From: Auanema rhodensis
Taxonomy: Eukaryota; Animalia; Nematoda
Length of the DNA stretch: 64,000 bases
NCBI GenBank assembly: GCA_964057225.1
Contig: OZ059900.1
Location: 3,286,001-3,350,000 of the forward strand
Direction of reading: 5' to 3'
Of this stretch, positions 10,299 through 23,990 are shown piece after piece. The notes below the pieces were generated by a model that had not been told where the DNA came from, ran no database searches, and worked only from the letters and a program-made list of their open reading frames with translations. Position 1 is the stretch's first letter, and each line of letters starts with the position of its first letter. The position numbers were made by a program, and so were the translations under genes.

Positions 10299-13200
10299 TA
10301 TATCAGTGCAAGCTCATAAAAATAGACTGATTTCGTGTATTGTATGTTTGATTCTCAAATCTTAACGAATATGATCAAAATTTACGAGTATTACAGATTT
10401 TGTACCAAAAATCGGTGAGTATATGGTGTTAAAGGCATAAAAACGACCATACTTAGTGTAGTTATGCTATTTGAGCGAAATTTAGTGATTTAAACATCAT
10501 TAGTGTTTAATTAATGACTTTTGTTGTCATAGACAATAAAACTATGCTTTTGATCATATATATGAGCGATTTAGCAAAATTGGACTCAAAACTCGGACAT
10601 TTCCAAAATTCTTTCTATTTTCGACCTTTTTTGATCAAAATGAATATATATCAGTGCAAACTCATAAAAATAGACTGATTTTGTGTATTGTGTGTTTGAT
10701 TCTCAAATCTTAACAAATATGATCAAAATTTACAAGTATTACAGATTTTGTACCAAAAATCGGTGAGTATATGGTGTTAAAGGCATAAAAACGACCATAC
10801 TTAGTGTAGTAATGCTATTTGAGCGAAATTCAGTATTAAAACATCACTAGCGTTTAATTGATGACTTTTGTTGTTATAGACAATAAAACTATGCTTTTGA
10901 TCATATATATGAGCGATTTAGCCAAATTGGACTCAAAACTCGGTAATTTCAAAAATTCTTTCTATTTTCGACCTTTTTTGATCAAAATGAATATATATCA
11001 GTGCAAGCTCATTAAAATAGACTGATTTTGTGTATTGTGTGTTTGATTCTCAAATCTTAACGAATATGATCAAAATTTACGAGTATTACAGATTTTGTAC
11101 CAAAAATCGGTGAGTATATGGTGTTAAAGGCATAAAAACGACCATACTTAGTGTAGTAATGCTATTTGAGCGAAATTTAGTGATTTAAACATCATTAGTG
11201 TTTAATTAATGACTTTTGTTGTCATAGACAATAAAACTATGCTTTTGATCATATATATGAGCGATTTAGCCCAATTGGACTCAAAACTCGGAAAATTCAA
11301 AAATTCTTTCTATTTTCGACCTTTTTTGATCAAAATGAATATATATCAGTGCAAACTCATAAAAATAGACTGATTTTGTTTATTGTGTGTTTGATTTTCA
11401 AATCTTAACGAATATGATCAAAATTTACGAGTATTACAGATTTTGTACCAAAAATCGGTGAGTATATGGTGTTAAAGGCATAAAAACGACCATACTTAGT
11501 GTAGTAATGCTATTTGAGCGAAATTCAGTATTAAAACATCACTAGCGTTTAATTGATGACTTTTGTTGTTATAGACAATAAAACTATGCTTTTGATCATA
11601 TATATGAGCGATTCAGCCAAATTGGACTCAAAACTCGGAAATTTCAAAAATTCTTTCTATTTTCGACCTTTTTTGATCAAAATGAATATATATCAGTGCA
11701 AGCTCATAAAAATAGACTGATTTTGTGTATTGTGTGTTTGATTCTCAAATCTTAACGAATATGATCAAAATTTACGAGTATTACAGATTTTGTACCAAAA
11801 ATCGGTGAGTATATGGTGTTAAAGGCATAAAAACGACCATACTTAGTGTAGTAATGCTATTTGAGCGAAATTTAGTAATTTAAACATCATTAGTGTTTAA
11901 TTAATGACTTTTGTTGTCATAGACAATAAAACTATGCTTTTGATCATATATATGAGCGATTTAGCCCAATTGGACTCAAAACTCGGAAAATTCAAAAATT
12001 CTTTCTATTTTCGACCTTTTTTGATCAAAATGAATATATATCAGTGCAAGCTCATAAAAATAGACTGATTTTGTGTATTGTGTGTTTGATTCTCAAATCT
12101 TAACGAATATGATCAAAATTTACGAGTATTACAGATTTTGTACCAAAAATCGGTGAGTATATGGTGTTAAAGGCATAAAAACGACCATACTTAGTGTAGT
12201 AATGCTATTTGAGCGAAATTTAGTGATTTAAACATCATTATTGTTTAATTAATGACTTTTGCTGTTATAGACAATAAAACTATGCTTTTGATCATATATA
12301 TGAGCGATTTAGCCAAATTGGACTCAAAACTCGGACATTTCCAAAATTCTTTCTATTTTCGACCTTTTTTGATCAAAATGAATATATATCAGTGCAAGCT
12401 CATAAAAATAGACTGATTTTGTGTATTGTGTGTTTGATTCTCAAATCTTAACGAATATGATCAAAATTTACGAGTATTACAGATTTTGTACCAAAAATCG
12501 GTGAGTATATGGTGTTAAAGGCATAAAAACGACCATACTTAGTGTAGTAATGCTATTTGAGCGAAAATCAGTATTTAAACATCACTAGCGTTTAATTGAT
12601 GACTTTTGTTGTCATAGACAACAAAACTATGCTTCTGATCATATATATGAGCGATTTAGCCAAATTAGACTCAAAACTCGGAAATTTCAAAAATTCTTTC
12701 TATTTTCGACCTTTTTTGATCAAAATGAATATATATCAGTGCAAGCTCATAAAAATAGACTGATTTCGTGTATTGTATGTTTGATTCTCAAATCTTAACG
12801 AATATGATCAAAATTTACGAGTATTACAGATTTTGTACCAAAAATCGGTGAGTATATGGTGTTAAAGGCGTAAAAACGACCATACTTAGTGTAGTTATGC
12901 TATTTGAGCGAAATTCAGTATTTAAACATCACTAGCGTTTAATTGATGACTTTTGTTGTTATAGACAATAAAACTATGCTTTTGATCATATATATGAGCG
13001 ATTTAGCAAAATTGGACTCAAAACTCGGACATTTCCAAAATTCTTTCTATTTTCGACCTTTTTTGATCAAAATGAATATATATCAGTGCAAACTCATAAA
13101 AATAGACTGATTTTGTGTATTGTGTGTTTGATTCTCAAATCTTAACAAATATGATCAAAATTTACAAGTATTACAGATTTTGTACCAAAAATCGGTGAGT

Positions 13201-15229
13201 ATATGGTGTTAAAGGCATAAAAACGACCATACTTAGTGTAGTAATGCTATTTGAGCGAAATTTAGTAATTTAAACATCATTAGTGTTTAATTAATGACTT
13301 TTGTTGTCATAGACAATAAAACTATGCTTTTGATCATATATATGAGCGATTTAGCCCAATTGGACTCAAAACTCGGAAAATTCAAAAATTCTTTCTATTT
13401 TCGACCTTTTTTGATCAAAATGAATATATATCAGTGCAAGCTCATTAAAATAGACTGATTTTGTGTATTGTGTGTTTGATTCTCAAATCTTAACGAATAT
13501 GATCAAAATTTACGAGTATTACAGATTTTGTACCAAAAATCGGTGAGTATATGGTGTTAAAGGCATAAAAACGACCATACTTAGTGTAGTAATGCTATTT
13601 GAGCGAAATTTAGTGATTTAAACATCATTAGTGTTTAATTAATGACTTTTGTTGTCATAGACAATAAAACTATGCTTTTGATCATATATATGAGCGATTT
13701 AGCCCAATTGGACTCAAAACTCGGAAAATTCAAAAATTCTTTCTATTTTCGACCTTTTTTGATCAAAATGAATATATATCAGTGCAAACTCATAAAAATA
13801 GACTGATTTTGTTTATTGTGTGTTTGATTTTCAAATCTTAACAAATATGATCAAAATTTACGAGTATTACAGATTTTGTACCAAAAATCGGTGAGTATAT
13901 GGTGTTAAAGGCATAAAAACGACCATACTTAGTGTAGTAATGCTATTTGAGCGAAATTCAGTATTAAAACATCACTAGCGTTTAATTGATGACTTTTGTT
14001 GTTATAGACAATAAAACTATGCTTTTGATCATATATATGAGCGATTCAGCCAAATTGGACTCAAAACTCGGAAATTTCAAAAATTCTTTCTATTTTCGAC
14101 CTTTTTTGATCAAAATGAATATATATCAGTGCAAGCTCATAAAAATAGACTGATTTTGTGTATTGTGTGTTTGATTCTCAAATCTTAACGAATATGATCA
14201 AAATTTACGAGTATTACAGATTTTGTACCAAAAATCGGTGAGTATATGGTGTTAAAGGCATAAAAACGACCATACTTAGTGTAGTAATGCTATTTGAGCG
14301 AAATTTAGTAATTTAAACATCATTAGTGTTTAATTAATGACTTTTGTTGTCATAGACAATAAAACTATGCTTTTGATCATATATATGAGCGATTTAGCCC
14401 AATTGGACTCAAAACTCGGAAAATTCAAAAATTCTTTCTATTTTCGACCTTTTTTGATCAAAATGAATATATATCAGTGCAAGCTCATAAAAATAGACTG
14501 ATTTTGTGTATTGTGTGTTTGATTCTCAAATCTTAACGAATATGATCAAAATTTACGAGTATTACAGATTTTGTACCAAAAATCGGTGAGTATATGGTGT
14601 TAAAGGCATAAAAACGACCATACATAGTGTAGTAATGCTATTTGAGCGAAATTCAGTATTTAAACATCACTAGCGTTTAATTGATGACTTTTGTTGTTAT
14701 AGACAATAAAACTATGCTTTTGATCATATATATGAGCGATTTAGCCAAATTGGACTCAAAACTCGGAAATTTCAAAAATTCTTTCTATTTTCGACCTTTT
14801 TTGATCAAAATGAATATATATCAGTGCAAGCTCATAAAAATAGACTGATTTTGTGTATTGTGTGTTTGATTCTCAAATCTTAACGAATATGATCAAAATT
14901 TACGAGTATTACAGATTTTGTACCAAAAATCGGTGAGTATATGGTGTTAAAGGCATGAAAACGACCATACTTAGTGTAGTAATGCTATTTGAGCGAAAAT
15001 CAGTATTTAAACATCACTAGCGTTTAATTGATGACTTTTGTTGTCATAGACAATAAAACTATGCTTCTGATCATATATATGAGCGATTTAGCCAAATTAG
15101 ACTCAAAACTCGGAAATTTCAAAAATTCTTTCTATTTTCGACCTTTTTTGATCAAAATGAATATATATCAGTGCAAGCTCATAAAAATAGACTGATTTCG
15201 TGTATTGTATGTTTGATTCTCAAATCTTA

Positions 15230-18200
15230 ACGAATATGATCAAAATTTACGAGTATTACAGATTTTGTACCAAAAATCGGTGAGTATATGGTGTTAAAGG
15301 CATAAAAACGACCATACTTAGTGTAGTTATGCTATTTGAGCGAAATTCAGTATTTAAACATCACTAGCGTTTAATTGATGACTTTTGTTGTTATAGACAA
15401 TAAAACTATGCTTTTGATCATATATATGAGCGATTTAGCCAAATTGGACTCAAAACTCGGACATTTCCAAAATTCTTTCTATTTTCGACCTTTTTTGATC
15501 AAAATGAATATATATCAGTGCAAACTCATAAAAATAGACTGATTTTGTGTATTGTGTGTTTGATTCTCAAATCTTAACAAATATGATCAAAATTTACAAG
15601 TATTACAGATTTTGTACCAAAAATCGGTGAGTATATGGTGTTAAAGGCATAAAAACGACCATACTTAGTGTAGTAATGCTATTTGAGCGAAATTCAGTAT
15701 TTAAACATCACTAGCGTTTAATTGATAACTTTTGTTGTTATAGACAATAAAACTATGCTTTTGATCATATATATGAGCGATTTAGCCAAATTGGACTCAA
15801 AACTCGGAAATTTCAAAAATTCTTTCTATTTTCGACCTTTTTTGATCAAAATGAATATATATCAGTGCAAGCTCATAAAAATAGACTGATTTTGTGTATT
15901 GTGTGTTTGATTCTCAAATCTTAACGAATATGATCAAAATTTACGAGTATTACAGATTTTGTACCAAAAATCGGTGAGTATATGGTGTTAAAGGCATAAA
16001 AACGACCATACTTAGTGTAGTTATGCTATTTGAGCGAAATTCAGTATTTAAACATCACTAGCGTTTAATTGATGACTTTTGTTGTTATAGACAATAAAAC
16101 TATGCTTTTGATCATATATATGAGCGATTTAGCCAAATTGGACTCAAAACTCGGACATTTCCAAAATTCTTTCTATTTTCGACCTTTTTTGATCAAAATG
16201 AATATATATCAGTGCAAACTCATAAAAATAGACTGATTTTGTGTATTGTGTGTTTGATTCTCAAATCTTAACAAATATGATCAAAATTTACAAGTATTAC
16301 AGATTTTGTACCAAAAATCGGTGAGTATATGGTGTTAAAGGCATAAAAACGACCATACTTAGTGTAGTAATGCTATTTGAGCGAAATTCAGTATTTAAAC
16401 ATCACTAGCGTTTAATTGATAACTTTTGTTGTTATAGACAATAAAACTATGCTTTTGATCATATATATGAGCGATTTAGCCAAATTGGACTCAAAACTCG
16501 GAAATTTCAAAAATTCTTTCTATTTTCGACCTTTTTTGATCAAAATGAATATATATCAGTGCAAGCTCATAAAAATAGACTGATTTTGTGTATTGTGTGT
16601 TTGATTCTCAAATCTTAACGAATATGATCAAAATTTACGAGTATTACAGATTTTGTACCAAAAATCGGTGAGTATATGGTGTTAAAGGCATAAAAACGAC
16701 CATACTTAGTGTAGTTATGCTATTTGAGCGAAATTCAGTATTTAAACATCACTAGCGTTTAATTGATGACTTTTGTTGTTATAGACAATAAAACTATGCT
16801 TTTGATCATATATATGAGCGATTTAGCCAAATTGGACTCAAAACTCGGACATTTCCAAAATTCTTTCTATTTTCGACCTTTTTTGATCAAAATGAATATA
16901 TATCAGTGCAAACTCATAAAAATAGACTGATTTTGTGTATTGTGTGTTTGATTCTCAAATCTTAACAAATATGATCAAAATTTACAAGTATTACAGATTT
17001 TGTACCAAAAATCGGTGAGTATATGGTGTTAAAGGCATAAAAACGACCATACTTAGTGTAGTAATGCTATTTGAGCGAAATTCAGTATTAAAACATCACT
17101 AGCGTTTAATTGATGACTTTTGTTGTTATAGACAATGAAACTATGCTTTTGATCATATATATGAGCGATTTAGCCAAATTGGACTCAAAACTCGGACATT
17201 TCCAAAATTCTTTCTATTTTCGACCTTTTTTGATCAAAATGAATATATATCAGTGCAAACTCATAAAAATAGACTGATTTTGTGTATTGTGTGTTTGATT
17301 CTCAAATCTTAACAAATATGATCAAAATTTACAAGTATTACAGATTTTGTACCAAAAATCGGTGAGTATATGGTGTTAAAGGCATAAAAACGACCATACT
17401 TAGTGTAGTAATGCTATTTGAGCGAAATTCAGTATTAAAACATCACTAGCGTTTAATTGATGACTTTTGTTGTTATAGACAATGAAACTATGCTTTGATC
17501 ATATATATGAGCGATTTAGCCAAATTGGACTCAAAACTCGGACATTTCCAAAATTCTTTCTATTTTCGACCTTTTTTGATCAAAATGAATATATATCAGT
17601 GCAAGCTCATAAAAATAGACTGATTTTGTGTATTGTGTGTTTGATTCTCAAATCTTAACGAATATGATCAAAATTTACGAGTATTATAGATTTTGTACCA
17701 AAAATCGGTGAGTATATGGTGTTAAAGGCATAAAAACGACCATACTTAGCGTAGTAATGCTATTTGAGCGAAATTCAGTATTTAAACATCACTAGCGTTT
17801 AATTGATGACTTTTGTTGTTATAGACAATAAAACTATGCTTTTGATCATATATATGAGCGATTTAGCCAAATTGGACTCAAAACTCGGAAATTTCAAAAA
17901 TTCTTTCTATTTTCGACCTTTTTTGATCAAAATGAATATATATCAGTGCAAGCTCATAAAAATAGACTGATTTCGTGTATTGTATGTTTGTTTCTCGAAT
18001 CTTAACGAATATGATCAAAATTTACGAGTATTACAGATTTTGTACCAAAAATCGGTGAGTATATGGTGTTAAAGGCATAAAAACGACCATACTTAGTGTA
18101 GTTATGCTATTTGAGCGAAATTCAGTATTTAAACATCACTAGCGTTTAATTGATGACTTTTGTTGTTATAGACAATAAAACTATGCTTTTGATCATATAT

Positions 18201-21200
18201 ATGAGCGATTTAGCCAAATTGGACTCAAAACTCGGACATTTCCAAAATTCTTTCTATTTTCGACCTTTTTTGATCAAAATGAATATATATCAGTGCAAAC
18301 TCATAAAAATAGACTGATTTTGTGTATTGTGTGTTTGATTCTCAAATCTTAACAAATATGATCAAAATTTACAAGTATTACAGATTTTGTACCAAAAATC
18401 GGTGAGTATATGGTGTTAAAGGCATAAAAACGACCATACTTAGTGTAGTAATGCTATTTGAGCGAAATTCAGTATTTAAACATCACTAGCGTTTAATTGA
18501 TAACTTTTGTTGTTATAGACAATAAAACTATGCTTTTGATCATATATATGAGCGATTTAGCCAAATTGGACTCAAAACTCGGAAATTTCAAAAATTCTTT
18601 CTATTTTCGACCTTTTTTGATCAAAATGAATATATATCAGTGCAAGCTCATAAAAATAGACTGATTTTGTGTATTGTGTGTTTGATTCTCAAATCTTAAC
18701 GAATATGATCAAAATTTACGAGTATTACAGATTTTGTACCAAAAATCGGTGAGTATATGGTGTTAAAGGCATAAAAACGACCATACTTAGTGTAGTTATG
18801 CTATTTGAGCGAAATTCAGTATTTAAACATCACTAGCGTTTAATTGATGACTTTTGTTGTTATAGACAATAAAACTATGCTTTTGATCATATATATGAGC
18901 GATTTAGCCAAATTGGACTCAAAACTCGGACATTTCCAAAATTCTTTCTATTTTCGACCTTTTTTGATCAAAATGAATATATATCAGTGCAAACTCATAA
19001 AAATAGACTGATTTTGTGTATTGTGTGTTTGATTCTCAAATCTTAACAAATATGATCAAAATTTACAAGTATTACAGATTTTGTACCAAAAATCGGTGAG
19101 TATATGGTGTTAAAGGCATAAAAACGACCATACTTAGTGTAGTAATGCTATTTGAGCGAAATTCAGTATTTAAACATCACTAGCGTTTAATTGATAACTT
19201 TTGTTGTTATAGACAATAAAACTATGCTTTTGATCATATATATGAGCGATTTAGCCAAATTGGACTCAAAACTCGGAAATTTCAAAAATTCTTTCTATTT
19301 TCGACCTTTTTTGATCAAAATGAATATATATCAGTGCAAGCTCATAAAAATAGACTGATTTTGTGTATTGTGTGTTTGATTCTCAAATCTTAACGAATAT
19401 GATCAAAATTTACGAGTATTACAGATTTTGTACCAAAAATCGGTGAGTATATGGTGTTAAAGGCATAAAAACGACCATACTTAGTGTAGTTATGCTATTT
19501 GAGCGAAATTCAGTATTTAAACATCACTAGCGTTTAATTGATGACTTTTGTTGTTATAGACAATAAAACTATGCTTTTGATCATATATATGAGCGATTTA
19601 GCCAAATTGGACTCAAAACTCGGACATTTCCAAAATTCTTTCTATTTTCGACCTTTTTTGATCAAAATGAATATATATCAGTGCAAACTCATAAAAATAG
19701 ACTGATTTTGTGTATTGTGTGTTTGATTCTCAAATCTTAACAAATATGATCAAAATTTACAAGTATTACAGATTTTGTACCAAAAATCGGTGAGTATATG
19801 GTGTTAAAGGCATAAAAACGACCATACTTAGTGTAGTAATGCTATTTGAGCGAAATTCAGTATTAAAACATCACTAGCGTTTAATTGATGACTTTTGTTG
19901 TTATAGACAATGAAACTATGCTTTTGATCATATATATGAGCGATTTAGCCAAATTGGACTCAAAACTCGGACATTTCCAAAATTCTTTCTATTTTCGACC
20001 TTTTTTGATCAAAATGAATATATATCAGTGCAAACTCATAAAAATAGACTGATTTTGTGTATTGTGTGTTTGATTCTCAAATCTTAACAAATATGATCAA
20101 AATTTACAAGTATTACAGATTTTGTACCAAAAATCGGTGAGTATATGGTGTTAAAGGCATAAAAACGACCATACTTAGTGTAGTAATGCTATTTGAGCGA
20201 AATTCAGTATTAAAACATCACTAGCGTTTAATTGATGACTTTTGTTGTTATAGACAATGAAACTATGCTTTGATCATATATATGAGCGATTTAGCCAAAT
20301 TGGACTCAAAACTCGGACATTTCCAAAATTCTTTCTATTTTCGACCTTTTTTGATCAAAATGAATATATATCAGTGCAAGCTCATAAAAATAGACTGATT
20401 TTGTGTATTGTGTGTTTGATTCTCAAATCTTAACGAATATGATCAAAATTTACGAGTATTATAGATTTTGTACCAAAAATCGGTGAGTATATGGTGTTAA
20501 AGGCATAAAAACGACCATACTTAGCGTAGTAATGCTATTTGAGCGAAATTCAGTATTTAAACATCACTAGCGTTTAATTGATGACTTTTGTTGTTATAGA
20601 CAATAAAACTATGCTTTTGATCATATATATGAGCGATTTAGCCAAATTGGACTCAAAACTCGGAAATTTCAAAAATTCTTTCTATTTTCGACCTTTTTTG
20701 ATCAAAATGAATATATATCAGTGCAAGCTCATAAAAATAGACTGATTTCGTGTATTGTATGTTTGTTTCTCGAATCTTAACGAATATGATCAAAATTTAC
20801 GAGTATTACAGATTTTGTACCAAAAATCGGTGAGTATATGGTGTTAAAGGCATAAAAACGACCATACTTAGCGTAGTAATGCTATTTGAGCGAAATTCAG
20901 TATTTAAACATCACTAGCGTTTAATTGATGACTTTTGTTGTTATAGACAATAAAACTATGCTTTTGATCATATATATGAGCGATTTAGCCAAATTGGACT
21001 CAAAACTCGGAAATTTCAAAAATTCTTTCTATTTTCGACCTTTTTTGATCAAAATGAATATATATCAGTGCAAGCTCATAAAAATAGACTGATTTCGTGT
21101 ATTGTATGTTTGTTTCTCGAATCTTAACGAATATGATCAAAATTTACGAGTATTACAGATTTTGTACCAAAAATCGGTGAGTATATGGTGTTAAAGGCAT

Positions 21201-23990
21201 AAAAACGACCATACTTAGTGTAGTTATGCTATTTGAGCGAAATTCAGTATTTAAACATCACTAGCGTTTAATTGATGACTTTTGTTGTTATAGACAATAA
21301 AACTATGCTTTTGATCATATATATGAGCGATTTAGCCAAATTGGACTCAAAACTCGGACATTTCCAAAATTCTTTCTATTTTCGACCTTTTTTGATCAAA
21401 ATGAATATATATCAGTGCAAACTCATAAAAATAGACTGATTTTGTGTATTGTGTGTTTGATTCTCAAATCTTAACAAATATGATCAAAATTTACAAGTAT
21501 TACAGATTTTGTACCAAAAATCGGTGAGTATATGGTGTTAAAGGCATAAAAACGACCATACTTAGTGTAGTAATGCTATTTGAGCGAAATTCAGTATTTA
21601 AACATCACTAGCGTTTAATTGATAACTTTTGTTGTTATAGACAATAAAACTATGCTTTTGATCATATATATGAGCGATTTAGCCAAATTGGACTCAAAAC
21701 TCGGAAATTTCAAAAATTCTTTCTATTTTCGACCTTTTTTGATCAAAATGAATATATATCAGTGCAAGCTCATAAAAATAGACTGATTTTGTGTATTGTG
21801 TGTTTGATTCTCAAATCTTAACGAATATGATCAAAATTTACGAGTATTACAGATTTTGTACCAAAAATCGGTGAGTATATGGTGTTAAAGGCATAAAAAC
21901 GACCATACTTAGTGTAGTTATGCTATTTGAGCGAAATTCAGTATTTAAACATCACTAGCGTTTAATTGATGACTTTTGTTGTTATAGACAATAAAACTAT
22001 GCTTTTGATCATATATATGAGCGATTTAGCCAAATTGGACTCAAAACTCGGACATTTCCAAAATTCTTTCTATTTTCGACCTTTTTTGATCAAAATGAAT
22101 ATATATCAGTGCAAACTCATAAAAATAGACTGATTTTGTGTATTGTGTGTTTGATTCTCAAATCTTAACAAATATGATCAAAATTTACAAGTATTACAGA
22201 TTTTGTACCAAAAATCGGTGAGTATATGGTGTTAAAGGCATAAAAACGACCATACTTAGTGTAGTAATGCTATTTGAGCGAAATTCAGTATTTAAACATC
22301 ACTAGCGTTTAATTGATAACTTTTGTTGTTATAGACAATAAAACTATGCTTTTGATCATATATATGAGCGATTTAGCCAAATTGGACTCAAAACTCGGAA
22401 ATTTCAAAAATTCTTTCTATTTTCGACCTTTTTTGATCAAAATGAATATATATCAGTGCAAGCTCATAAAAATAGACTGATTTTGTGTATTGTGTGTTTG
22501 ATTCTCAAATCTTAACGAATATGATCAAAATTTACGAGTATTACAGATTTTGTACCAAAAATCGGTGAGTATATGGTGTTAAAGGCATAAAAACGACCAT
22601 ACTTAGTGTAGTTATGCTATTTGAGCGAAATTCAGTATTTAAACATCACTAGCGTTTAATTGATGACTTTTGTTGTTATAGACAATAAAACTATGCTTTT
22701 GATCATATATATGAGCGATTTAGCCAAATTGGACTCAAAACTCGGACATTTCCAAAATTCTTTCTATTTTCGACCTTTTTTGATCAAAATGAATATATAT
22801 CAGTGCAAACTCATAAAAATAGACTGATTTTGTGTATTGTGTGTTTGATTCTCAAATCTTAACAAATATGATCAAAATTTACAAGTATTACAGATTTTGT
22901 ACCAAAAATCGGTGAGTATATGGTGTTAAAGGCATAAAAACGACCATACTTAGTGTAGTAATGCTATTTGAGCGAAATTCAGTATTAAAACATCACTAGC
23001 GTTTAATTGATGACTTTTGTTGTTATAGACAATGAAACTATGCTTTTGATCATATATATGAGCGATTTAGCCAAATTGGACTCAAAACTCGGACATTTCC
23101 AAAATTCTTTCTATTTTCGACCTTTTTTGATCAAAATGAATATATATCAGTGCAAACTCATAAAAATAGACTGATTTTGTGTATTGTGTGTTTGATTCTC
23201 AAATCTTAACAAATATGATCAAAATTTACAAGTATTACAGATTTTGTACCAAAAATCGGTGAGTATATGGTGTTAAAGGCATAAAAACGACCATACTTAG
23301 TGTAGTAATGCTATTTGAGCGAAATTCAGTATTAAAACATCACTAGCGTTTAATTGATGACTTTTGTTGTTATAGACAATGAAACTATGCTTTGATCATA
23401 TATATGAGCGATTTAGCCAAATTGGACTCAAAACTCGGACATTTCCAAAATTCTTTCTATTTTCGACCTTTTTTGATCAAAATGAATATATATCAGTGCA
23501 AGCTCATAAAAATAGACTGATTTTGTGTATTGTGTGTTTGATTCTCAAATCTTAACGAATATGATCAAAATTTACGAGTATTATAGATTTTGTACCAAAA
23601 ATCGGTGAGTATATGGTGTTAAAGGCATAAAAACGACCATACTTAGCGTAGTAATGCTATTTGAGCGAAATTCAGTATTTAAACATCACTAGCGTTTAAT
23701 TGATGACTTTTGTTGTTATAGACAATAAAACTATGCTTTTGATCATATATATGAGCGATTTAGCCAAATTGGACTCAAAACTCGGAAATTTCAAAAATTC
23801 TTTCTATTTTCGACCTTTTTTGATCAAAATGAATATATATCAGTGCAAGCTCATAAAAATAGACTGATTTCGTGTATTGTATGTTTGTTTCTCGAATCTT
23901 AACGAATATGATCAAAATTTACGAGTATTACAGATTTTGTACCAAAAATCGGTGAGTATATGGTGTTAAAGGCATAAAAACGACCATACT
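15230..23990 (+). repeat. Higher-order repeat: ~3 copies of an 8-monomer unit with one extra monomer (approximate bounds)
   Basis: A private 1-bp deletion (TGCTTTGATC) occurs at 17491, 20266 and 23388, spacings 2775 (8x347-1) and 3122 (9x347-1). Linked variants recur with it: AATGAAACT, GATAACT, TATAGATT, TAGCGTAG, TTGTTTCTCG. Confidence 0.9.
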
